Under the pieces are notes generated by a model. The model saw only the letters and a program-made list of their open reading frames with translations. It was not told where the DNA came from and did not search any database. A DNA stretch of 64,000 nucleotides from Vicinamibacterales bacterium (GTDB lineage Bacteria > Acidobacteriota > Vicinamibacteria > Vicinamibacterales > UBA8438), in the NCBI GenBank assembly GCA_965249175.1, contig OZ252227.1, positions 2,556,900-2,620,899 on the forward strand, written 5' to 3'. Each line of letters opens with the position of its first letter. Positions within the stretch are counted from its first letter, which is position 1. A program made the translations under genes and the position numbers. This document shows positions 42,585 to 50,711 of this stretch, in pieces.

Positions 42585-44321
42585 CTAGCCCGTTTCACTG
42601 GCCAACTCTCGATAGAGCCAGCCCGCGGCGATCGTCGAGACGGCGATCGGCAGTGTGGCGTCCCCGACCGATCTGAACAGCAACGCGCCCGAGCCCCACA
42701 ACGCCCCATAGACGAGCACGCAGCCGGCCACCCAGCGGAGCAGCGGCCGCGTCACGGTGGCAGGCTTCGAGTCGCCAGCAACGGCCGCGACATGTCGCCA
42801 GCCGGGCCCCCCCGGCCGCGCACGTCGGTAGAACGCCACAAGATGGGGCATCGGGTCGGCCGGCGTGAGCCACGTCGCAGCGAGCCAGCAGACTGTCGTC
42901 CACGGCACGAGGTAGAGCAGGGTCTCCGGAAACACCAGTTCGGTCCAGCCTTGTACGTAGACGAAGCCGACGCCGGCGGCCACAACCGCCGCGATCTCGG
43001 ATGTCGCGGTGACGCGCCACCAGTACCAGCGCGCGATCAACACCAGGCCGATGCCAGCGCCCGACTCGAGCACGAACTCCCACGCCTGTTGGACGCTGTC
43101 GAGATACAACGTCAGGACCGCGCTCGCGGCCATCACGCCGATCGTCAAGGTGCGTGAGACCGTGACGAGATGCCTGTCAGTCGCGCTCGGGCGCACGAAA
43201 CGGCGGTAGACATCGTTCACCAGATACGACGTTCCCCAGTTGAGCTGCGTCGAGACGGTCGACATGTAGGCCGCGAAGAACGCGCCGACGAGGAGACCCC
43301 GCCACCCTGACGGGAGATGGTCGCGCATGACGAGCGCATACCCGGATTCGCGATCCGACAGGTCGGGGTAGAGCACGAGCGAGGCGAGCGCGACGAGGAC
43401 CCAAGGCCATGGTCGCAGGCAGTAGTGGGCGACGGTGAACCAGAGCGTCGAGAGCACGGCCTGGCGCTCGTTGCGCGCGGACATCATGCGTTGCGCGATG
43501 TAGCCCCCCCCGCCTGGCTCCTGGCCGGGGTACCAGCTTGCCCACCACTGAACGCCCAGATATGCGACAAACGACGTGAAGGGCAGGACGAGGCTCGGGA
43601 CGGGGACCGCCGCGCCAGTCGCGGGTTCCGCCATCGCGGGCCAGAGACGGAACGTGGATTCCGGGAGCTGCGTGAGGAGCCCCTCGATGCCCCCAACGGC
43701 CGGGAGTCGTAACGCGAACACCGCCAGGGCGAGGGCACCCAGCATGGCGATGCCGAACTGCAGAAAGTCGGCGACGACAACCCCGCGCAGACCCGCAAGG
43801 GCGGCGTAGACACCGCTGGCGGTCAGTCCAACGAGCACGCCGGTGAGCCGATCCCACCCGAGCGTGACTGACAGCACTTTCGCCAGCGCGAGGTTGACCC
43901 ATCCGATGACGAGGCAGTTGACGGGCAGACCGAGATACAAGCCGCGGAGCCCACGCAGCAACGCGGCGGACCGGCCGGTGTATCGCAGCTCAACGAATTC
44001 GACGTCGGTCAGGATCCCGGCGCGGCGCCAGAGGCGCGCAAACAAGAAGACGGTGAGCATGCTGCCGAGCGCCCCGTTCCACCACAACCAGTTGCCGGCA
44101 ATCCCGTTGGCGCCGACGAGGCCGGTGACGACGAGCGGCGTATCCGCTGCGAATGTCGTCGCGACCATCGAGGTGCCAGCCAGCCACCAGGGGAGATCCC
44201 TGCCCGAGAGGAAATACTGCGTGAGGCTGGAGCCGGCGCGGCGCGCGTACCAGGTCGCGACGGCGAACGGCATGGCCAGCGTCAGCGTGAGGGCGATCCA
44301 GTCGAGCGCCGTCAAGGACAT
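42585..44321 (-). CDS. Sodium:solute symporter (SSS) family transporter
   Basis: ATG 44321 (MSLTALDWIALTL...). Multi-TM protein with YFLSGRDLPWW. The 151-aa Arg-rich N-terminal extension of the track ORF was rejected. Confidence 0.85.
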   Translation of the reverse strand: MSLTALDWIALTLTLAMPFAVATWYARRAGSSLTQYFLSGRDLPWWLAGTSMVATTFAADTPLVVTGLVGANGIAGNWLWWNGALGSMLTVFLFARLWRRAGILTDVEFVELRYTGRSAALLRGLRGLYLGLPVNCLVIGWVNLALAKVLSVTLGWDRLTGVLVGLTASGVYAALAGLRGVVVADFLQFGIAMLGALALAVFALRLPAVGGIEGLLTQLPESTFRLWPAMAEPATGAAVPVPSLVLPFTSFVAYLGVQWWASWYPGQEPGGGGYIAQRMMSARNERQAVLSTLWFTVAHYCLRPWPWVLVALASLVLYPDLSDRESGYALVMRDHLPSGWRGLLVGAFFAAYMSTVSTQLNWGTSYLVNDVYRRFVRPSATDRHLVTVSRTLTIGVMAASAVLTLYLDSVQQAWEFVLESGAGIGLVLIARWYWWRVTATSEIAAVVAAGVGFVYVQGWTELVFPETLLYLVPWTTVCWLAATWLTPADPMPHLVAFYRRARPGGPGWRHVAAVAGDSKPATVTRPLLRWVAGCVLVYGALWGSGALLFRSVGDATLPIAVSTIAAGWLYRELASETG

Positions 44322-45388
44322 GAGTAGCCCATGGCCGCCATGACGGCGTCGTGGAATGCGGGTCGGACGGCGAGGATGGCGTCGTTCGTGCGTGTGGGGT
44401 GGACGCGGTTCGTGAGCAGGACGACGTAGACGTCCGCGCGTGGGTCGATCCAGAGCGACGTGCCGGTGAATCCGGTATGACCGACGGCTGCCGGCGACAT
44501 GCGGGTGCCACACGAGGACGTGGGCCGCATGGTGTCCCATCCGAGCGCACGCGAGCTTCCTGGCACTGTGGTGGGCTTGGTGAACCCCGTCATTGTCACG
44601 TGTGAGACGAGAGGCCCCAGGGGTGAAGACTCGCCACGCATGACGCAGAGCACGTCTCGTGCAAAACGGCCCACGGCGGCGGCTGTCCCGAAGAGGCCCG
44701 CGTGCCCGGCGACGCCCCGGAGCGCCCACGCGTTCTGGTCGTGGACTTCGGCGACTGCCAATCGTCCGCGCCACGGGTCAAGCTCCGTCGGCGCCGTGCG
44801 CGGGCGCCACTCGCTGGGGGGACGATAGCGAAGCTCGCCCCATCCCCGCGCGTCCGCGAGCGCCGAGAACTGCCGGTCGATCGGTTGGTGCCCCGCGTCA
44901 CCGTCGGCCAGGATGAAACCGAGGAGGATGAAGCCGAGATCGCTGTACACGGAGCGGGTCCGTGGCGAATACTCGAGGGGCAGCGTGCAGATCGCGTGCT
45001 CGAAGTCGGCGCGACCGACGTGGTCACGAAAGAACGGGAGGTGCGCGGTCAAACCGGAGGAGTGCGCAAGGAGATCTGCAAGCGTGACCATCTCTCGGTC
45101 CGTCCCGCGCCAGGCGGGTAACCAGTGATTGACGCGGTCGGGGACCGTCAGGCTGCCGGCTTCCACTCCCCGCATGGCGAGGGTGGTGGTGGCGATGACC
45201 TTGGTCAGCGACGCGAGGTCGAACAGCGTGCTCCGGGTTGTCGGGCGCGTCGGGTCCGCGTCAAGCGTACCGAACGCGCCTTCCCATGCCGGGCCCTCGT
45301 GTGTGCCCACCTCGGCAACCGCTCCCGGAAACGCGCCGTCGCGCACCGCCTGTGTCAGGAGCCCGCCCGCCGCGTTCAACTCAGCCAT
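44312..45388 (-). CDS. Class C beta-lactamase-fold serine hydrolase (positional analogue of E. coli YfeW/PBP4B)
   Basis: SxxK in FDLASLTKVIATT. It overlaps both flanking transporter genes. Confidence 0.75.
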   Translation of the reverse strand: MAELNAAGGLLTQAVRDGAFPGAVAEVGTHEGPAWEGAFGTLDADPTRPTTRSTLFDLASLTKVIATTTLAMRGVEAGSLTVPDRVNHWLPAWRGTDREMVTLADLLAHSSGLTAHLPFFRDHVGRADFEHAICTLPLEYSPRTRSVYSDLGFILLGFILADGDAGHQPIDRQFSALADARGWGELRYRPPSEWRPRTAPTELDPWRGRLAVAEVHDQNAWALRGVAGHAGLFGTAAAVGRFARDVLCVMRGESSPLGPLVSHVTMTGFTKPTTVPGSSRALGWDTMRPTSSCGTRMSPAAVGHTGFTGTSLWIDPRADVYVVLLTNRVHPTRTNDAILAVRPAFHDAVMAAMGYSCP

Positions 45389-46943
45389 GGCCGCGGTCTC
45401 TCGCGTGCGGCGCGCGGATCCTCTGCGCGCTCCATCCCACGCCCAGCGTCGTCAACGATCCGATGAGCGTGTACCACTGGTACGACACTGCAGTGAACAG
45501 GGCCAATGAGAGTGTGGCCACGAGGCCGGCGCCGAGGCCGGTTGCGGCGGCGGCAGGCGACCGAGTCGTCATGAGGGCGCCCATCAGGAAGACGCCGAGC
45601 AGCAGTCCGCCCGTGAAGAACTGGACGGCCAGCACTTCATCGATCAGACGGCTCGACAGTTGGATGGCCACGAGCGCGACAGCGACCTGCAGCGCCCCCC
45701 ACCCGATGGTTGCCAGACGGGCGACTCGGAGATAGTCCGCGTCCGATCGACCACGTCCAGCCCACGGCATATAGAAGTCGCCGACCGTCGAGGCGGCGGA
45801 GGAGTTGAGCGATGACGAGAGCGTGGACATCGCGGCCGCGACGATGGCGGCGACCATCAACCCGCGCACGCCGACGGGCAGGTGCGTCATCAAGAACAGC
45901 GGAAACACGCGGTCGGCCTGGATCTGATCACCTACCACGACCGCGTCGAGCAGGCCGGGCGCGTGTGCCGTGTAGTACACCCAGAGCATCACGCCGATGG
46001 CGAGAAACAGTGCGAACTGCACGAACACGACGGCGCCGCTGACCACGAGCGCGCGGCGGGCGTCACGAGACGAGGAGCAGCACAGATACCGCTGGACGAA
46101 CATCTGATCGGTGCCATGCGTGGCGGCCGTCAGAAACGAGCCCCCGACGACCGCCGACCAAAACGTGTAGTCCTTCGTGAGTGTCCATGTGAGGTCGAGC
46201 ACGGTGAGCTTGCCGGCTGCGTGACCGCTGGCCATGACCTCCGTCCAGCCGCCCGGGATGGTCTCGATCAACAGTGCTGCCGCGATAACCGAGCCGCCGA
46301 GATAGATTGCGAGTTGCGCCACGTCGAGCCAGACGACGGCCAGCATTCCGCCGAGCCAGGTGTAGGCGAGCGTGACTAGGGCGATGACCGCGATGGCGGC
46401 GACCAGCACGATCGTCTCCGACGCCGTGGAGGCGAGCAGCCCAAGCGTGTCGGGCGCCGCGTTGGCCAGGACCATGCGTGTGGGCTGCCCGGCGGGGCGC
46501 GTCAACACAGCGGCCGCCAGCACCACGCCCGTCGCGAACAACCGAAGACCGTCCGAGATATTGCGGGTCGCGAGGAACATCACCGCGGTCACACGGGCAA
46601 TACGGCGGTCGAATCGCCGCGCCAGTAGCTGATAGGCGGTGACGAACTCACCGCGAAAGTATGGCGGGATGAGGACGAGCGCGACGAAGAAGCGGCCAAC
46701 GACATACCCGGCGGCGAGCTGCAGGAACGTCAGATCGGAGCCGAACGCGTAGCCGGGGACGCTGATGAGCGTGACGGTGCTCGTCTCGGTCGCGACGATG
46801 GAGCCCATCACGGCCCACCAGGGCACGCGATGACCGGTCAGAAAGTAGTCGCGCACCCCGGTCTGGCCGCGCGACAGCCGCTTGCCGAGCCAGACCGTGG
46901 TGACGAGGTAGGCGGCGACGACGACGAGATCGACCGCGTGCAT
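45381..46943 (-). CDS. Sodium:solute symporter (SSS) family transporter
   Basis: 520 aa; multi-TM; YFLTGHRVPWW. Confidence 0.85.
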   Translation of the reverse strand: MHAVDLVVVAAYLVTTVWLGKRLSRGQTGVRDYFLTGHRVPWWAVMGSIVATETSTVTLISVPGYAFGSDLTFLQLAAGYVVGRFFVALVLIPPYFRGEFVTAYQLLARRFDRRIARVTAVMFLATRNISDGLRLFATGVVLAAAVLTRPAGQPTRMVLANAAPDTLGLLASTASETIVLVAAIAVIALVTLAYTWLGGMLAVVWLDVAQLAIYLGGSVIAAALLIETIPGGWTEVMASGHAAGKLTVLDLTWTLTKDYTFWSAVVGGSFLTAATHGTDQMFVQRYLCCSSSRDARRALVVSGAVVFVQFALFLAIGVMLWVYYTAHAPGLLDAVVVGDQIQADRVFPLFLMTHLPVGVRGLMVAAIVAAAMSTLSSSLNSSAASTVGDFYMPWAGRGRSDADYLRVARLATIGWGALQVAVALVAIQLSSRLIDEVLAVQFFTGGLLLGVFLMGALMTTRSPAAAATGLGAGLVATLSLALFTAVSYQWYTLIGSLTTLGVGWSAQRIRAPHARDRGHG

Positions 46944-46946
46944 CCA

Positions 46947-47891
46947 TCACCGCGCGCGCGGCGACCGAGGGGGGGCAGACCCGGTGTCCTCCCCGAGCGC
47001 CGACCTGACGACGTCGTGGGCTCGTTTCAGTCGAGCGAGCGCCGCGGCGTAGCTGTCGCCGGTTCTCTCCATGACGATCGCCGCTTTGACGTTCCATCGG
47101 GCCCGTCGCAGCAGCAGCCCCGCGGCGTCGTAGTCGAGGCCCGTCACGGTGGTGATGATGCGACGCGCGCGATCGCGTGCCTTGTCCGAACCCGTCTTCA
47201 CATCGACCATGAGATTGCCGTAGGTCTTGCCGATGTGGACCATCGCGATGGTCGTCAGCATGTTGAGCACCATCTTCGTCGCGGTGCCGGCTTTGAGACG
47301 GGTCGACCCGGCGATGACTTCCGGTCCGACGGCTGGCGCGATCACGACATCCACGAACGTCTGGAGCTCGGTGCCCGGCCAGCAGGTGACAAAGACGATC
47401 TTGACGCCGGCACGACGCGCGCGCGTCAATGCACCGCGCACGAACTGGGTCATCCCGCTCGCGGAGACACCTATGAGCACGTCCTTCCTGCTGGGGCGAA
47501 GTCTGGCGACCGCCCGGCCGCCTTCGTCATAATTGTCTTCGGCGCCGTCTTTCGGATGAAAGAACGCCGAGCGACCGCCCGCCATGATGGCCTGCACCAG
47601 GCGCGCGGGCGTGCTGAACGTCGGGACCATTTCCGCGGCCTCGAGCACGCCGAGTCGACCGCTGGTGCCCGCACCGACGAAGATGACACGGCCTCCGCGA
47701 CGCAGCGCCGCGGTCAGCAGCTCGGCGCCCGTCGCGATCGTGGCTTTCTCGTGCTGGACCGCGGTCAGGACCTTGCGGTCCTCGCTGAGCATGAGCCGGA
47801 TGAGGTCGTCGGTGGACGCCCGGTCCATGGTGAGTGTGTTGGGATTGATCGCCTCGGTCGGCAGGTCCTTCCATTTCGATGATGTCGGCAT
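46947..47891 (-). CDS. murQ: N-acetylmuramic acid 6-phosphate etherase
   Basis: LPTEAINPNT; SIS motif GAGTSGRLGVLEAAEMVPTF; GSTRLKAGTATKMVLNM. Confidence 0.92.
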   Translation of the reverse strand: MPTSSKWKDLPTEAINPNTLTMDRASTDDLIRLMLSEDRKVLTAVQHEKATIATGAELLTAALRRGGRVIFVGAGTSGRLGVLEAAEMVPTFSTPARLVQAIMAGGRSAFFHPKDGAEDNYDEGGRAVARLRPSRKDVLIGVSASGMTQFVRGALTRARRAGVKIVFVTCWPGTELQTFVDVVIAPAVGPEVIAGSTRLKAGTATKMVLNMLTTIAMVHIGKTYGNLMVDVKTGSDKARDRARRIITTVTGLDYDAAGLLLRRARWNVKAAIVMERTGDSYAAALARLKRAHDVVRSALGEDTGSAPPRSPRAR

Positions 47892-47938
47892 CCGACCTGG
47901 TCTGCTGCGGGCGCTCCGGACCGTGGCCGCGCGCCTGT

Positions 47939-47968
47939 TTGACTTGCCTCAAACGGACAAGGTATAAC
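47939..47968 (+). promoter_or_regulatory. Putative sigma-70 promoter of the hom operon leader
   Basis: TTGACT - 18 nt - TATAAC, ~70 nt upstream of the leader-peptide ATG. Confidence 0.5.
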
Positions 47969-48037
47969 TGTCGATTATTCTAGAGCCTACGGGCCCACAT
48001 GCGCAGCATCAGTCTCGTAACCACTCGTTGCTCGACC

Positions 48038-48094
48038 ATGACGTTGACGCCGACGTCGACCCGTCCGACCCGGTCTCGGGCCGGTGCTGGATGA
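48038..48094 (+). CDS. Thr-rich leader peptide (18 aa), thrL-like
   Basis: atg acg ttg acg ccg acg tcg acc cgt ccg acc cgg tct cgg gcc ggt gct gga tga = MTLTPTSTRPTRSRAGAG*. There are five Thr codons in the first 11. The stop lies inside the antiterminator arm. No obvious SD. Confidence 0.55.
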   Translation: MTLTPTSTRPTRSRAGAG

Positions 48095-48123
48095 TGTAGC
48101 CGTCGCGAATCAGTGATTCTCAC

Positions 48124-48161
48124 GGGCCATCATCCATCGCCGGATGATGGCCCTTTTCTTT
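48124..48161 (+). terminator. Intrinsic terminator of the hom-operon attenuator
   Basis: Perfect 12-bp stem gggccatcatcc / ggatgatggccc with the 6-nt loop atcgcc, followed by ttttcttt. It ends 8 nt before the annotated hom ATG. Confidence 0.8.
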
Positions 48162-48168
48162 AGGTGTC

Positions 48169-49455
48169 ATGGAGTCAGTGGAGTCAGTGCTCAAGATCGC
48201 GCTCGTGGGCTTTGGGACGGTGGGGCAGTCCGTCGCGCGCATTCTGTGCGCGGGCACGCATCCGCGGCTGCGGCTCACCCATATCGCGAACCGCAACGTC
48301 GAACGCAAGAAGGCCGACTGGGTGCCGGCGGACGTCATCTGGACGGACCAGGTCAGTCATGTGGTCGCGTCCGAGGCCGACGTGGTCATCGAGGTGATCG
48401 GCGGCGTCGACCCGGCAGCGGACTGGATTCAGCAGTTTCTCCGCGCCGGGAAATCAGTCGTGACGGCGAATAAGCAGGTCATTGCCCTGCATGGTGCCGA
48501 GCTCATGGCGCTGGCTCGGGAACAACGGTGCCATGTGCTCTTCGAAGCGGCTGTTGCGGGGGGGGTGCCCGTCGTGCGGGGCGTGCGCGAGGGCCTTGCC
48601 GGCGACCAGCTGTGCCGGGTGCATGGTGTCTTGAACGGCACCTGCAACTACATCTTGACCCGCATGGAGACGGCCCAGGTGTCGTTCGCCGAGGCTCTGA
48701 CCGAAGCGCAATCGCTCGGGTACGCCGAAGCTGATCCGACAGCGGACGTCGACGGCGCCGACGCGCAGGCCAAGCTCGCTATCCTGTCGATGGTGGGACT
48801 TCGTCGTCAGATCGAGGCCACGACGATTCCGCTCGCGTCGATCCGCCCAATTGAGCCGATTGACTTCGTGTATGCGCGCCGGCTGGAGTGCACGATCCGG
48901 CAGGTGGCGCGCGCGGAGCTCGTGAGCGGCGACCGCCGGGTGCTGGCGTCGGTGATGCCGGCACTCGTCCCGTTGGCCTCCACGCTGGCCCGTATCGAAG
49001 GGAACCAGAACGTCGTCGTCGTCGAAGGTGCTTTCGGTGGCGAAACGGCGTTCTCCGGTTACGGGGCCGGTGGCGACCCGACGGCCGTGGCGGTGGTCTC
49101 AGACCTCGAATCGATCGCGCGTGGTCATGAAGACGCGGCCGCGGACTGGCGGATCGACCGCGCGGAGCGTGTCGAGCGCGAGTTCATGGCGCCGCATTAC
49201 GCCCGATTCATCGTCGCCGATCGGCCCGGTATCATCGCCGCGCTGGCGGATGTCTTCTCGCGACATGGGGTCAACGTCGATGCAGTGCTGCAGGAACCGG
49301 GGTGGTCGAAGGCCGAGCTGCCGTTCGTCGTGACACTGGAGTCGTGCAGTTCGACGGCCGTCAATGCCGCACTGGTCGAGATCGAGGCGTTGGACTTTCA
49401 CGCGCAACGGCCCGTGTGCCTGCCGATTCTCGCGCGAGGACAGCGTCGGTCATGA
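48169..49455 (+). CDS. hom: Homoserine dehydrogenase (with C-terminal ACT domain)
   Basis: LKIALVGFGTVGQSV; ...NGTCNYILTRM. The start is ambiguous (ATG 48169, or GTG 48178/48187 after duplicated GGAG). Confidence 0.92.
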   Translation: MESVESVLKIALVGFGTVGQSVARILCAGTHPRLRLTHIANRNVERKKADWVPADVIWTDQVSHVVASEADVVIEVIGGVDPAADWIQQFLRAGKSVVTANKQVIALHGAELMALAREQRCHVLFEAAVAGGVPVVRGVREGLAGDQLCRVHGVLNGTCNYILTRMETAQVSFAEALTEAQSLGYAEADPTADVDGADAQAKLAILSMVGLRRQIEATTIPLASIRPIEPIDFVYARRLECTIRQVARAELVSGDRRVLASVMPALVPLASTLARIEGNQNVVVVEGAFGGETAFSGYGAGGDPTAVAVVSDLESIARGHEDAAADWRIDRAERVEREFMAPHYARFIVADRPGIIAALADVFSRHGVNVDAVLQEPGWSKAELPFVVTLESCSSTAVNAALVEIEALDFHAQRPVCLPILARGQRRS

Positions 49456-50711
49456 GCTTCGTCACCGGTCTCCAGTGTTCGTTGTGCCGGACCCCGTTTC
49501 CTCCCGAGGCGCTCTACGTCTGCGATCAGTGTCTCGGGCCGCTCGAGGTGACCTACGATCGCGACGCCATCCGCCGAGTGCTCACGCGAGAGGTCATCGC
49601 ATCTCGGCCGCCCAATTTGTGGCGGTATCGGGAGTTGCTTCCGATCGACGGCGACCCGCGCACCGGACTCCAGTCGGGGTTCACGCCGCTCGTGCGCGCG
49701 CATCGGCTGGCGGCTGAGCTCGGCATGCGTGAGCTGTGGATCAAGGACGATTCCGTGAATCACCCGACGCTGTCCTACAAGGATCGAGTGGTGCCCGTGG
49801 CGGCCACACGAGCGGTCGAGCTCGGGTTCACGGTGTTTGGCTGTGCGTCGACGGGGAATCTCGCGAACAGCGTTGCCGCGCATGCCGCGCGCCTCGGGCT
49901 GGCCTGTTACGTCTTCATTCCCGACACCCTCGAGCGGGGCAAGATCCTGGGATCCGCGATCGCCGGACCGCACGTCGTGGCGATCGACGGGACCTACGAC
50001 GACGTCAATCGGCTGTGTACGCAGGTGGGGGAACGATATGGCTGGGGGTTTGCCAACATCAACCTCCGAAGCTACTACGCCGAAGGCGCGAAGACCCTCG
50101 GATTCGAGATCGTCGAGCAGCTCGGCTGGCGGTTTCCACGCCACGTCGTCTCGCCGGTGGCCGGCGGAACGTTGTTGCCGCGGATCGGGAACGGATGTCG
50201 GGAGCTGCGGGACGCGGATCTGGTGGAAGGGGATCTGCCGCGGATTCACGCGGCTCAAGCGGCAGGGTGCGCGCCGGTGATTCGCGCCCTCGAGTCGGGA
50301 GCCGAGTATCCCGAACCGGTCAAACCGGACACCATTGCCAAGTCGATCGCGATCGGAAACCCGGCGGACGGGTTCCACGTGCTGCGCACCGTGCGCGACA
50401 CCGGGGGGTCGGGCGCGAGTGCCACCGATGACGAAATCATCGATGCGATCGGCTTGCTGGCGCGGACGGAGGGTATCTTCACGGAACCCGCCGGCGGCAC
50501 GACCCTCGCCGTGACCATTAAATTGGTCACGGAAGGCGTCATCGAGAAAGACGAATCAACGGTGATGTGCATCACCGGGAACGGATACAAGACCCCCGAG
50601 GTGGTGGCCGCGACAGTGCGGGAGCCGACACGGCTCGCCCGATCACTGCGCGACGTCGAGGACTTCGTTGCCGAGCAGGACGCGCGGCACCGGCGTGAGG
50701 GGCGGCAGTGA
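49452..50711 (+). CDS. thrC: Threonine synthase (with N-terminal Cys4 zinc-ribbon)
   Basis: The ATG overlaps the hom stop (ATGA). CSLC...CDQC, and the PLP-lysine region HPTLSYKDR. Confidence 0.9.
   Translation: MSFVTGLQCSLCRTPFPPEALYVCDQCLGPLEVTYDRDAIRRVLTREVIASRPPNLWRYRELLPIDGDPRTGLQSGFTPLVRAHRLAAELGMRELWIKDDSVNHPTLSYKDRVVPVAATRAVELGFTVFGCASTGNLANSVAAHAARLGLACYVFIPDTLERGKILGSAIAGPHVVAIDGTYDDVNRLCTQVGERYGWGFANINLRSYYAEGAKTLGFEIVEQLGWRFPRHVVSPVAGGTLLPRIGNGCRELRDADLVEGDLPRIHAAQAAGCAPVIRALESGAEYPEPVKPDTIAKSIAIGNPADGFHVLRTVRDTGGSGASATDDEIIDAIGLLARTEGIFTEPAGGTTLAVTIKLVTEGVIEKDESTVMCITGNGYKTPEVVAATVREPTRLARSLRDVEDFVAEQDARHRREGRQ

Noticed and set aside
44322-44774. 151-aa N-terminal extension of the SSS transporter ORF (track start 44774)
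   Set aside because: It is Arg/His-rich and overlaps the upstream hydrolase gene in another frame. The transporter begins convincingly at ATG 44321.
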